A program made the position numbers and the translations under genes. This document shows positions 1 through 12,299 of a stretch of 64,000 nt of DNA, in pieces. Origin of the DNA: Phoronis australis (Eukaryota; Animalia; Phoronida); NCBI GenBank assembly GCA_002633005.1, contig NMRA01000764.1, positions 70,048 to 134,047 of the forward strand. The letters are read 5' to 3'. How positions within the stretch are numbered: the stretch's first letter is position 1; each line of letters begins with the position of its first letter. The notes beneath the pieces are model-generated. The model did no database searches. It worked only from the letters and a program-made list of their open reading frames with translations, and was not told the origin of the DNA.

Positions 1-325
1 GTCTGTAAAGCTAAACCTGGCTACATCTCCCTGTACACAGAGGGTGCCAGGTGTCTGTAAAGCTAAACCTGGCTACATCTCCCTGTACACAGAGGGTGCC
101 AGGTGTCTGTAAAGCTAAACCTGGCTACATCTCCCTGTACACAGAGGGTGCCAGGTGTCTGTAAAGCTAAACCTGGCTACATCTCCCTGTACACAGAGGG
201 TGCCAGGTGTCTGTAAAGCTAAACCTGGCTACATCTCCCTGTACACAGAGGATAGCAAGTGTCTGTAAAGGTAAGGCTTGCTTAATCTCCTGTACACAGA
301 GGGCAACAGGTATATGTAAAGGTAA
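1..325. repeat. 52-bp minisatellite
   Basis: Unit gtctgtaaagctaaacctggctacatctccctgtacacagagggtgccaggt starts at 1, 53, 105, 157, 209, then degenerates. Confidence 0.95.
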
Positions 326-1145
326 GGCCAGTCAACTTTGAACGTGACAATAAACTGGCATTCCATCAAAGAAGCTGAATTTTGATTTAGAGCACTCACC
401 ACATGTGAACTTGGCTCAACTTTGTCACATTCAGAAGAGATGGTTGGGTATGCAGGGCACTGCCAATTTGTTATTCCTGGAAACTATGCTCGCAAATAAA
501 ATGAGCTGCTTTGTCTACTCGACTTAGAGAGCCATATTAACAAACAGTCTTTTCTTACAAACCTCATAAATCACATTCGGGTATTTTGGAAAAGTTACAA
601 TTTTAGACCTGCTGCTGCAAGTGGTCTCAAACAAAATAATTTTTTGACAGAAGGCACATTTATTGCGTCTTGAAGTGTTTATCCAACAGTCTAAAGTGAG
701 TATCGGAATAAATCATTGACTTTATTTGAGCGTAGGAATAAATTGTTGAGTTGTGCGAGCTTAGGAGTAAGTCGTCGACTTGTGCGAACATAAGGAATAA
801 ATCGTCGACTTGTGCAACTGTAGGAATGAGTAATGACTGGTGTTATTCTTTAGTCTTGACACTTCGAAAAAATAATAGAAAGTAAAGTGAGGGTAAAGAA
901 TCATAAAATAGCAGAATTGGATATTACCCTGCATATTATCCTGCATATTATCCTGCATATTATCCTGCTTATTATCCTGCTTATTGCCCTACTTGTCTTA
1001 CTTGTCTTTGCTTCATGTATGTGTTTTCTGCAATTCTTTAGTTTCTTCTAGTATAAGAAGGAGGCTATAAATTGTATCATTTTTTGATGTCAGAAAAGAT
1101 TTCCCCAAGTTCAAATTTAAGCTAATTGAAAGTCTGTTGTTTCAG

Positions 1146-1255
1146 AGTTTGAAGACATTCCTGATATCAAGAATAGTCGTGAAGTCAAGCGTGAAGTATA
1201 CCTTTTCAACAGACACCCAAATGGTCCATTTAGGCAGCAAGTTATTGGTTCAAAG
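1146..1255 (+). CDS. Penultimate coding exon of an unidentified gene ((E)FEDIPDIKNSREVKREVYLFNRHPNGPFRQQVIGSK)
   Basis: ttgtttcag acceptor, AAG|gtaaa donor, open frame, phase-0 join to the exon at 3487. Confidence 0.7.
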
Positions 1256-1384
1256 GTAAACAATGAAACATGACTTGATGACTAACCATGGTTATTGTTT
1301 ATTCACTTTAAAATGAAGTCATGAAAATGGTGATTAATTAAAATTTGGAAAAACATGACATGATTTAGTATGGAAAAGAGGATG

Positions 1385-1640
1385 TCTGGGCAGTTGGACC
1401 AGACATGGACAGTTTTACCAGACATGGTTAGTTGGACCAGACATGGGTTGTTGGACCAGACATGAGCACTTCGACCAGATATGGGCATTTGAACCATAGA
1501 TGGGCAGTTGGACTAGATCTGGACAGTTGGATCAGATATGCTTGGTTGGACCAGATATTAGTAGTGGGGTCTTATATGGGCAGTGTTGCTGGCCAGATAT
1601 TAGTAGTGGGGTCTTATATGGGCAGTGTTGCTGGCCAGGA
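1385..1640. repeat. Degenerate ~21-bp repeat plus a 42-bp duplication
   Basis: Recurring cagttggaccagacatgg; ccagatattagtagtggggtcttatatgggcagtgttgctgg occurs twice. Confidence 0.75.
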
Positions 1641-2329
1641 GTCAAATTGTATGAGTGAGAGTAGCCAGGTGATGTTCCATGTGTTGCTACAATATAGGCA
1701 TTTACTCCCAGTCAGTTGTGTTAAACCTGCCTGGCTCTATCAAGATCTGTTGCTGGTCAATATCTCTTGGTGGATCAACATCATTACACCATTTTCCCAT
1801 TGCTCCCAACTTGTTCGATTCTATAGCCCAACAACAAGAATATGACCCCTGTCACCAATATCTTACATGACTGATTAACTCCATTCTGTCATTTATGGTT
1901 TGAGGGCTAGCTCTCTTTTGTTCGATGATTGCTTTAATCTCCAATAAGATCGTATCTAGCCTTACTGGGGTGTGCAGTTAAAAATAAAATGTAAGTTATA
2001 ACATATTTGAACATAAACCAATAGCATTTCTGAAATCCTCGTCAAATGGTGATCATGTTTAGTTTTTGAATCTCCAAAATCGCCGAACTACAACCGAAGT
2101 TACAACAATCTATTCTTTCCGAATATACCAATTTGACTATGTTTACAGTCATGTGGTCTGTACTAAGCCTGGTAGATAATTGGCCTGCCTGTTGTCATAA
2201 CAGACAAAAGATTCTGTGCTTGGCAGTTAACAAAGAAGCTAGATGTTATCACACGCTCATAACCCTCTACGTCTGGTGATGTCACTGAACGGGAAAACAC
2301 CGTTATGTTGTTGTAAGGTGATTTGTCCA

Positions 2330-3430
2330 TGGTGACTGATTAATACTCTGTAAGGTGATGTCCACCTAACACATTGCTCTATAAGGTGATGTTCACCTAA
2401 CACATTGCTCTATAAGGTGATGTTCACCTAACACATTGCTCTATAAGGTGATATCCTCCATGACTAATTACTCTGTAAGGTGATGTCCATCATAACTCAT
2501 TACTCTGTAAGGTGATGTCCGTTATGACTCATTACTCTGTAAGGTGATGTCCATTATGACTCATTACTCTGTAAGGTGATGTCCATCATGACTCATTACT
2601 CTGTAAGGTGATGTCCACCATGACTCATTACTCTGTAAGGTGATGTCCATCATGACTCATTACTCTGTAAGGTGATGTCCACCATGACTCATTACTCTGT
2701 AAGGTGATGTCCACCATGACTCATTACTCTGTAAGGTGATGTCCACCATGACTCATTACTCTGTAAGGTGATGTCCACCATGACTCATTACTCTGTAAGG
2801 TGATGTCCATCATGACNATGTTTAGTTTTTGAATCGCCAAAATCGCCCAACTACAACCGAAGTTACAACAATCTATTCTTTCCGAATATACCAATTCGAC
2901 TATGTTCACAGTCATGTGGTCTGTAATAAGCCTGGTAGATAATTGGCCTGCTTGTTGTCATAACAGACAAAAGATTCTGTGCTTGGCAGTTAACAAAGAA
3001 GCTAGATGTTATCACACGCTCATAACCCTCTACGTCTGGAAAAAGTCACTGAACGGGAAAACACCGTTATGTTGTTGTAAGGTGATTTGTCCATCGTGAC
3101 TGATTAATACTCTGCAAGGTGATGTCCACCTAACACATTGCTCTATAAGGTGATATCCTCCATGACTAATTACTCTGTAAGGTGATGTCCATCATAACTC
3201 ATTACTCAGTAAGGTGATGTCCATCATGATTCATTGCTCTGTAAGGTGATGTCCACCATGACTCATTACTCTGTAAGGTGATGTCCATCATGACTCATTA
3301 CTCTGTAAGGTGATGTCCATCATGACTCAGTGGGATGTCCATCATGACTCATTACTCTGTAAGGTGATGTCCACCATGACTCATTGTGGTGTCCATCATG
3401 ATTTATTGCTCTAAGGTGATTTCCATCATG
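2330..3430. repeat. 32-bp minisatellite in two blocks
   Basis: ctctgtaaggtgatgtccaccatgactcatta arrays at about 2345-2816 and 3075-3430. Confidence 0.92.
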
Positions 3431-3486
3431 TGACTAGTGAGACTGTGTGGAGTACTTCTTAAGTGATTACTTTTTCTTTGTTGTAG

Positions 3487-3618
3487 GATGATATGCATTA
3501 TTACACAGACAATGACAGCTATGCACCCAGTGATGCTGACTCGTATATACGAACAGATGATGAAGAGGGAGGTGGAACAGACTGGGAGGAGAGTACAAAA
3601 CGGTGGATCAACCGGTGA
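3487..3618 (+). CDS. Terminal coding exon of the unidentified gene (DDMHYYTDNDSYAPSDADSYIRTDDEEGGGTDWEESTKRWINR*)
   Basis: Polypyrimidine tract plus ttgtag acceptor, protein-like acidic peptide, TGA at 3616-3618, followed by UTR-like sequence. Confidence 0.75.
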   Translation, partial: DDMHYYTDNDSYAPSDADSYIRTDDEEGGGTDWEESTKRWINR

Positions 3619-5444
3619 TCTTGTCTGAGTATGTTGGGTCACTAGGTCATCTGAACAGAGTGTGTTTGCCAAATGTCTTGTGAACTGAGTGCACTAGGCT
3701 CGGGTTCACTAAATGAGGATCCGTAGTGAAATGCATATTGTCTGTTGGATGTTGAGTCTGGTCATGTATCAACCAGTGCTTTAAACATTACCACTAGGTG
3801 GTGCACCTTCAATGCCATCGACAAGGTCCAGTGGACAATACAGTACTATACACTGGGTGGTGGATCTTCAGTGTCATCGACAAGATCCAGTGGACAATAC
3901 AGTACTATACAAAACAAAACGGACATAATGACCCGTCATGACAACCGAGCACCAGCACGATTTCCTCGTGTCGATAGTTTGGTGTATTTGAATAAAATGT
4001 GATGGGAGCTGTTTGTTATGACAGCTAATTTACCACAGAGCCAATGAAGTAGAAAAATTTTTTATAGCTCGATTCAAATCAATTGTTAGCAAATGTCGCA
4101 CTACAAGTGCAAACGACCAATCCAGTGTAATTAGGTCATCTTTTGCACTACTACTGTATGTGAGAGTTGATGTTTCTTTCAGAATTTGCAATGGATTAAT
4201 GTACGGAAATAATCAAGTTGTTGAGTTTATGCCATGTAGTGCACACTGTACATTATATACATTGAAATTAGTTTAGTGTGCTGTAGTTACTCTACATAAC
4301 GGACCATTGTGGTGGCATCGAAGATTACGAGAAGAGATTACAAATGGGTGATCACAACTTGGTGATTACCAGTCATTTTCAGGCAGCATTGGCCGTCATG
4401 ACATGGTATTTTGTCCATTTTCTTTTGGCTTATACTGTAAGCCACCTAACCACAGACTGTATGTGATGGGGAGTCATGTGGGCAGTGTTTGCTATCTGGG
4501 AATGTAAACGGTGTTCATGAATACAAAGTTCAAGTGGTGATGAAGACAGTCATGTCCAAACTGCCAATGGGAAGCAGGCTGTATTGTGTGGATGAAGAGC
4601 CACCTGGTGGAGTCAACTAGTAGTGTGGAGTATGACTGTTGTTTGATGGTTGAGTGTGAGAACTAAGCAGAGAATACTCTTGCTTTATCAAACTTAATAC
4701 TAGAACATGTTTTGTTATCTTGATATTAAGCACTTAATTCACACTGTACCGATTCTAAACACTACTCTAAGAATTCAATAAACATCCATCTCAGTAATGT
4801 AGTTTCTTATTATGAAATTGGCGTAACCTTTTCAGTGTCCAGGTTTATGAGAAATTTGTGTTGAATCTATATTAAATTTATTGTTATTTGGAGGTCTGAT
4901 CAAAGTTTTTGAATGTGAAAGCACTGATATTGATATAATTTATAATTTTGTTCTGCACCAGAACTTTTAACGAGCGTAATATATTGCACTAGCAGCTGAA
5001 ATTAATTTATAGTTTGAGGAAAACAAGATATGTGTTCAGTTGTGGATGGCACTGTTCCAGACTATATTGTTGTCATATATTAGGGCCGTTCTGGATTACA
5101 AGGTGATAGAACTCTCCTTTGTTCTGGAGATAAGAAAGCGCGAGACCTCGTTTTGGAAATCAGGCACATTTTTGTCGCTCTCATTTATGTGGGGAAGGTG
5201 AAGAATTACAGATCACACATCCAAGGTTATTTGTCTGGTTTATCAAACTTTCTTACGTCAGAGTTGCATCCCACAATGCAGCAGTAATACTTAGTTGGCA
5301 TTGGAAAGACGAATAGAGTAATGCAACCAAGAAAAACTTGTTAAGAATCAGACAACAACAAACTCTGGTTGCACGGAAATAAAGCAGCAAATGTTCTTGC
5401 CGGATGTTTACGGCACTGTGGGTAAATGCATCAAGATGAGTGTC

Positions 5445-5675
5445 ACTGTGTGATCTGGGACGGCCCTATTGAGTGTCGCTGTGTGGGACGGCCCTATTGA
5501 GTGTACCTACCTGTCTGGGACGGCCTTATTGAGTGTCGCTGTGTGGGACGGCCCTATTGAGTGTCGCTGTGTGGGACGGCCCTATTGAGTGTCGCTGTNT
5601 ATTGAGTTTCGCTGTGTGGGACGGCCATATTGAGTGTCGCTGTGTGGGACGGCCCTATTGAGTGGACCTACCTGT
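5445..5675. repeat. ~28-bp minisatellite
   Basis: gggacggccctattgagtgtcgctgtgt repeated about 7 times. Confidence 0.9.
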
Positions 5676-6239
5676 GAAATAAATAGAAATAAAGTGAAGA
5701 GTACACTGTTTTGTGTGCTTGTGTTGTTGCAAGTTTAACATTCAAAGACTACCAGCTTACCAGTGACAGTGTCATACATTGAATGGATTCATCAATCACA
5801 CCACGCTGACAGGAGCATTTTTTAGGAATCATGTTCCATGGTTTCACTGGATGTCGCGCTAGAAAGTAATCTTTCCATGGCAACATACTGGATGCATTTT
5901 CAGTAGTTACAAAATAAATTCAGGCATAATTCCATTGCGAGCCGGGAAGGCTTCAACCATACTTTTGTGCAAATTCCCTTCTTTGCTGCCGACTGAGTAT
6001 TTGAATTACGTCCTTTTGCTTTTTCAGTCTAAGTGACACAGGAAAATTTAAGCCTTGTGTTGCAGAAATAAACCACCACCAGTCTGCCTGATAGCGCTCT
6101 TGTGTTAGTCGCACACTCTTTCGTTGTGACAGCTATTGTTATTGATAGATATGATTTCACTTACACAATAAACAGGTGTACTATTAGTACATCTGGTTCC
6201 CATCATGTTATCTCCAGATTGTGAGTGGGCAATTTATCC

Positions 6240-6530
6240 AGCTGAACTGTGCTGAGATACTAGATGTAGGTCCAGCAAAGTGAATGTGTAATGTATCAAG
6301 CTGATGTGTGCTGAAATACCAGATGTAGACCTAGAAAGCGACTGAATATCTGATGTATTGAGCTGATGTGTGCTGAAATATGAGATGTAGGCCTAGAAAA
6401 CTGAATATCTAATGTATTGAGTTGATGTGTGCTGAAATACCAGATGTAGGCCTAGAAAACTGAATATCTAATGTACTGAGTTGATGTGTGCTGAAATACC
6501 AGATTTAGGCACAGCAAATTGAATATGTGT
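6240..6530. repeat. ~60-bp degenerate tandem repeat
   Basis: gctgatgtgtgctgaaataccagatgtaggcctagaaaactgaatatc repeated about 5 times. Confidence 0.85.
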
Positions 6531-6674
6531 CAGAGGACATTTCCTCTTTAAGTTGTTAGCACTATGTTAGGTACCTACAGTAAATACTCAGGTTTCAGTT
6601 TCTGTAAATGGTCGGTTATGTGCGCTGTACAACTTCACTCTATGCTTTTGATAGCTGAATAGTAGGCAACAGTC

Positions 6675-6764
6675 TGATATAATGTGCCCATATTTTGAGA
6701 ACCAGTTTGATGTCCGTAATTTAGTGGAGAAAACTGGTTCTCAAGATTCGGGCACGTTATATCA
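6675..6764. repeat. Short imperfect inverted repeat (MITE-like hairpin)
   Basis: tgatataatgtgcccatattttgagaaccagttt pairs with aaactggttctcaagattcgggcacgttatatca. Confidence 0.75.
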
Positions 6765-6879
6765 AACGATTATCGAATACTACACTCGCATCTTAGGATA
6801 AAAGCGACAACTTGTCCGAGTAATACTATGAACAAGTTGGCGCATGTATTGGTCTAAAGCAAAGGTAGTGACTTCTGCA

Positions 6880-7050
6880 GACTGACATGTTATGTGATGA
6901 CTGACATGTTATGTGATGACTGACATGTTATGTGATGACTGACATGTTATGTGATGACTGACATGTTGTGTGATGACTGACATGTTATGTGGTGACTGAC
7001 ATGTTATGTGATGAGTGACATGTTATGTGATGACTGACATGTTATGTGAC
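6880..7050. repeat. 19-bp minisatellite
   Basis: gactgacatgttatgtgat repeated about 9 times. Confidence 0.95.
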
Positions 7051-8324
7051 GACACGTTAAGTGAGATAGACTGTAGTCATGAGCTTTGCATTGCTAATCT
7101 TTTACAATTCTGATTCAGAAAAATTAGCATATTTTTGATAATGAGAGGTTTAGAAGAAATGCAATCTGAATGTTCAGCAATTCTAATTAATTGTACAAAG
7201 TCGATGGATATACAGTCATGATTATATGACAAGTAAATGTTTATGTTCTAGTCAATGTGTCTATAAATAAAGTGATACTCTTTATTACACAACTATTAAT
7301 CTTTGCATGATTCAGACCTAGCCAACTGGAGTCATCTGAACAAAATGTCAAGTAAAGAAGATGATGATAAAACAACAATTATAATTTATTAACATAAAAG
7401 TGGTTTGCACATGAATTTTTCAACTAAAAGCATAATCTTGAAGCACTCTGAACTCTCAGAGCTGTGCAAATTGACCTCAGTAGTCATAAACAGAACAGAG
7501 TTCAATGCAGTAAAGTGTTCATCCACACCTATTTACAGACGGGTTATGTGTCTAACTAATACCAACAGGAGACTGTCATTCTCCAGCCTACCTCACAACG
7601 TTACCCTGCACAAAGAGGGCAGTCAGGTGGTGGCTCATATCAATCAAGCGAAAGTGATCTAATAAACTATTGACAAATCTTGATCAACTTCAATCTGCTT
7701 CTTAATAAATCTACACCAAATTACTTTTTGCTTACCAGTAACCAGTTGAGCTGTTGTGTTATTAACTGCAAATTTCCATTATTTTGGAGACGTTCCAGTG
7801 TTTTACATAATAGAACTAGCTAATGCAAATTAGTACAAGAGAAAGAGAAGTTCCCTTTCCAGTGATACATTCTAACTTAATGTAACTTGGATTAATTCCT
7901 TGTTCTGCAACCAAATCAACAACTAAATCAAATTTTCATTCACATCTTAGGGGTGAAACTTGCTTCACTGTTTGGGCTTCATTTCCTTCTGAATTTTGAG
8001 TATCTAATTCACCAGGTACTCACTAGATGGCCTTCATCATCAATTTTAGTCAGCACTATCTTTAAGATGTCGACACATTGACAAGACGCTCAACATATCA
8101 GCTAATAAGATAGTTCCATTCCTTGTCAATATGTTCCATATTAACATGAACATGGAACTGAATCTCCTGAACACAACTGGAGTATCAAGTCATTTCAACA
8201 TGGTGATTGTTATCAAAAGCACAGTAATTTGGTCATTATGGAGATTCTTGGCAGTGAAACACACTTGCAAAACCGGCAATGATGACTTTTCAAGTTTATC
8301 TTTGCATTCCATTCCTGGTTCCTG

Positions 8325-8417
8325 TTACTCTTGAGACTGATCAGTTTGTAAATACACCTGCTGACCTGACATATTGCCTTGACCTTGACCTTGTACCTGT
8401 TGAACTTGGAATAATGG
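8325..8417 (-). CDS. NFYC: NF-YC last coding exon (PLFQVQQVQGQGQGNMSGQQVYLQTDQSQE*)
   Basis: ttttcag acceptor, Q-rich peptide, stop codon ending at 8325. Confidence 0.85.
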   Translation of the reverse strand, partial: PLFQVQQVQGQGQGNMSGQQVYLQTDQSQE

Positions 8418-8923
8418 CTGAAAATTGAAAATAATACATTTATAGCATCCATGTGGAAAATTAAGGATTTCCACTTGCGCAAAACTTTGCTTACTGTACA
8501 ATGTACATGTGCGCATTCAGGACCAATGAATATATAGCCAAAATAATGATATTTTTGAAATTACTAGTGTTTCACAAATGCACCTAAGTTTTCACATTTT
8601 GCATTACATTGCTTATTTTGGGTCATGGCCAATTTAAAAAGTCTTAATGGCCCCTAATTTTAGTGGTTTTACAACTTCCAGAGCCCACCTAAAACTGCTC
8701 GTGCTGTAATGTTTTGTATTATGGTTCTAAATAAATGTTTTCTCCTCTCGCCTCCCTTTGATTTGATTACAGCTGAAGAAACTATCACCAGTTTAGGCCA
8801 ACATGCCAGAGCAAGCTTCACGCTGTACAATCGAGTGCCTGTTTCTTTCATGATACTGAAGATGTCAAAATGTTTTGCATTTTTAAAACTAACACATCAG
8901 AGTAGTGTCCTCATTTGACCTAC

Positions 8924-9037
8924 TTGTTGTGTCTGGAACTGGTCAGCCTGTTGAGTCTGGATTACTATAGGTTGTCCTGCCTGCTTGCCTTGAAACTGTA
9001 ACTGAATGGCTTGCAACTGGGCAGCAGTCAGTTGCAT
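8924..9037 (-). CDS. NFYC: NF-YC coding exon 6 (MQLTAAQLQAIQLQ...QTQQ)
   Basis: tttcag and gtaggt boundaries, 114 nt, resembles the conserved VQLNAGQLQ region. Confidence 0.9.
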
Positions 9038-9194
9038 CTGAAATAAGCAAGACACACCATACTGAGCCTGAAATTTCACTGATCACAAACTAACTTCAAT
9101 TGGCCAATCACAAAACGGGAAGCCCAATAAGTAAATAACTTTATGCACAGGTATTTATGATTTGAATCATTCGCCGAAACGAACATGAACTTAC

Positions 9195-9346
9195 AGGCAC
9201 ATTTTGAACTTCCCCTGAAGATGTCACCACTTGCTGGAGAACCTGCTGTGACTGCTGGGGTGATTGTACTTGTACAATTTGTGGCTGTTGACTATCACTA
9301 ACTGACTGGGATGGAACAATCTGGAACTGAACTGGTGCATTCTGAC
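9195..9346 (-). CDS. NFYC: NF-YC coding exon 5 (GQNAPVQFQ...GEVQNVP)
   Basis: ttgcag and gtaagt boundaries, phase 1 to 0, Q-rich activation region. Confidence 0.92.
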
Positions 9347-9611
9347 CTGCAAAGAACAACACAAGTCACTGAATGAGACACAATCCAACAGTGAAATGGA
9401 AAATGTATTTAACTCTTTCCATGCCATTCAATTTGTGAACATCACCCTTTGCAAATATGCTTGTGAATAAAGATTGTAGTCGCGTGCTTGTCAACAGCAA
9501 GGGAATTGCTACAGTTCTGGGAATCAAACATTACCAGCAATATGCCAGCCTCCAGACAAGCTTCAAAAACAACGAAAAATGTTTGCTATGCATGATAAGT
9601 ATCAATAACAG

Positions 9612-9793
9612 AAAGCTAGACTGCCACTTAGCTGACCTCTAAGTATACAGTCAAACAAAGCTAGACTGTCACTTAGCTGACCTCTAAGTATACAGTCTAA
9701 CAAAGCTAGACTGCTACTTAGCTGACCTCTAAGTATACAGTCAAACAAAGCTAAACTGTCACTTAGCTGACCTCTAAGTATACAGTCAAACAA
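9612..9793. repeat. 45-bp minisatellite (4 copies)
   Basis: aaagctagactgtcacttagctgacctctaagtatacagtcaaac. Confidence 0.92.
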
Positions 9794-10005
9794 ACAATTG
9801 AATTTTGCAAAATTATTCCACCAGTTTCACTCTACTCAAAGTAATGCATATTAAAAGACCATTAAGTGAACTTTGCTGGAAGTGTCTGAGTTAAATATCA
9901 AGTGATGCTATACACTTAAGGTTATATAGGGTCTCAGAATAATGTCCAAATTTGGTTAACTTCAGAATATCATTATTCACAAGTGGTGGATCAGATTAAT
10001 ATTAA

Positions 10006-11301
10006 AGGCGAAGGCAACCTTTTTTCATGTCATTTTTAGCAAAAATAGGGTTCGTTGATTATCCCATACATATTTTTCACTTATTTACAGCTTTTCGTAA
10101 TTTAATTAATTACTACTCATCTACTCCGGAAGTTACGTTTTGGGAGGCAAGAATTTCGCTCCAATTTCTTTTCATACAGTCTGACTGTGAGAGCAGTCGA
10201 GTCAGTCATTGTTCTACCTCAGTTGTGATAAGTTCGGTCATCGTTTGCTTTTTTTTACGAGTCAGTCAACATGCCACGCTGCTGCTGCCTACCGAGATGT
10301 ACTCATTATCGTCTCATGTACCGAGGAAGAACTGTCCCACTTGCCCGAGTGTCCCGCGACACACTCCCAGTGGATGGTGACTTGAGCACCCAAACAGCTT
10401 ACATCCCGCCGTGCGACTCCCTCGTCACACACATGGCACCTTCTAAATAGCTCCAATACAAGTCCACAATAAACTTATCAAACTTAGGCTCACTGATCTG
10501 TTCATTGGATGATGAACTATCCTTTTCACTGGGTGTCAAACTGGGCCTGTATTCACTCCCACTACTCAACATCGCTGCAGGGCTGCTTACAGGCTCTGGG
10601 CTAGAGACAACAGCACACGGGGAATCACTACTAGTTCCTGGAATTGCACGCTATGGGGGTACGTTCGGAGGCATGGGTGACAGTAGAAGAAGTGACTCCA
10701 GTCACTGTATATAGTGGCCACAGCTTGCGAGGCTTCTCGATTCAAAAACGCACTTCTCGGGGGTGGCGACAGGGCACTGCCGGGAATCAACAGCGACGGT
10801 TTGGAACCCTTCTTCAGACGTTGTTTCGCAGGGACCTTCATCAGTTCAGCGTACATATCTCTGTCGTAATCTGAGGCTGAAAATGCTTGCCACTGCTTTG
10901 TGCATTGCGTGAACGGGTAGCGCTGCGTTCTTCAAACGAGCGAGCTAGCCAAGTACGGCGAAGTGTGTCATCTTTCGGAAAGCGATGCAAGGTACCCAAA
11001 GCGCGTGTGAGACGATACGCAGCAGCAGCGTGGCATGTTGACTGACTCGTAAACAAAAGCAAACGACGACCGAACTTATCACAACAGAGGTAGAACAATG
11101 ACTGACTCGACTGCTCTCACAGTCAGACTGTATGAAAAGAAATTGAAGCGAAATTCTTACCTCCCAAAACATCATTTCCGGAGTAGAGGACGAGAAATTA
11201 ATTAAATTACGATAAGCTGTAATTAAGTGAAAAATATGTCTGGGATAATCAACAGACCTTGTTTTTGCTAAAAGTGACAAGAAAAAAGGTTGCCTTCGCC
11301 T
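10006..11301 (-). mobile_element. Non-autonomous Kolobok-like DNA transposon with long TIRs and a THAP-domain relic
   Basis: TTAA at 10002-10005 and 11302-11305; aggcgaaggcaacc termini; arms of about 280 bp are inverted; minus-strand LHRFPKDDTLRRTWL, SGKHF and LKKGSKPSL motifs. Confidence 0.85.
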
Positions 11302-11523
11302 TTAAGACTTAACTTTTGCATGAGGGGCTATCAAATATAGGACTTCCCAAATTTTGAAAAAAATATTAAGTAACAAAAACACAATAATGAAAGGTAGTTT
11401 CTACAATTGCAAGATTTACTCTCGAATTGAACACTTATATCAAACCACATTTGATCATGTTATTGATACCAATGTTTTGCTATCAATGTACCTAATCTTT
11501 TTTACATAAAGACATGGTCACAT

Positions 11524-11749
11524 TACCCACATAATTGTATATAAAATGTTCACTTACTTAGAGACGTGGCTGGTTGTTGGCAGACGTTTCAACCTGGTCT
11601 GCCAGGTCTTTGTCGATGAATGAGCTTTAGGCAGGAAATCCCTCATTCATCCACAAAGACCTGGCGGACCAGGTCGAAACGTCTGCCGACAACCAACCAC
11701 GTCTCTAAGTAAGTGAACATTTTATATACAATGCCTCTACCCACATAAT
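11524..11749. mobile_element. Palindromic insertion, probable inverted Penelope-like terminal repeats
   Basis: Inverted arms of about 90 bp; tacccacataat on both sides; gacctgg-cgga-ccaggtc-gaaac stem. Confidence 0.6.
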
Positions 11750-12151
11750 GACAAATTGTTAAAAGTCAAAACTCAAATTCTACAGGCTTTTAAATTACTG
11801 AAAATACAAAGCCTTTAGTAGATATTTGACTACATTCACAGACATGAGATTGTCGATTAGGTTCTGCATGACCTTAAAACATCACTCATAGTATTGAACT
11901 CTACTGGATATGGGCTTAAATATCAGGCGATGTTATCCAGTCACTTAACACGCAGCAACTATAGCAGAGAACGATAATATCTGGTCATTTAACATGCAGC
12001 AACCATAGCAGAGACGGAAATAAAAAGAGGAATCACTAATTGCTGTATTACTTTTTTACCCAAAAACTTAATAATTGTAATAATTGAACCATTTTTTCAC
12101 AGTGTGGGATTTGAAGTTGTCCCTGATGCCTAATATGTATTGAGACAATAC

Positions 12152-12299
12152 CTGCTGCTACTTGTATCTGTGAGTTGGTCCCCGTCTGTTGCTGCTGGGT
12201 CGGCTGTTGTTGTTGTTGCTGTTGTTGTTGTTGTTGTTGCATTTGTAGAATGTACTGCACTTGGTCAGCACCGATGGACACTTGGCGCACACCATCTTC
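12152..12299 (-). CDS. NFYC: NF-YC coding exon 4 with polyQ tract
   Basis: EDGVRQVSIGADQVQYILQMQQQ...QVAA; gtcag acceptor, G|gtattg donor, phase 1. Confidence 0.9.

Noticed and set aside
2056-3270. Direct duplication of about 450 bp plus minisatellite (2056-2500 vs 2818-3260)
   Set aside because: The copies join at a single N (2817), typical of an uncollapsed allelic overlap; probably an assembly artefact
10027-10380. 117-aa ORF and its mirror at 10945-11280
   Set aside because: Similarity comes from the inverted arms of the transposon, not a gene pair
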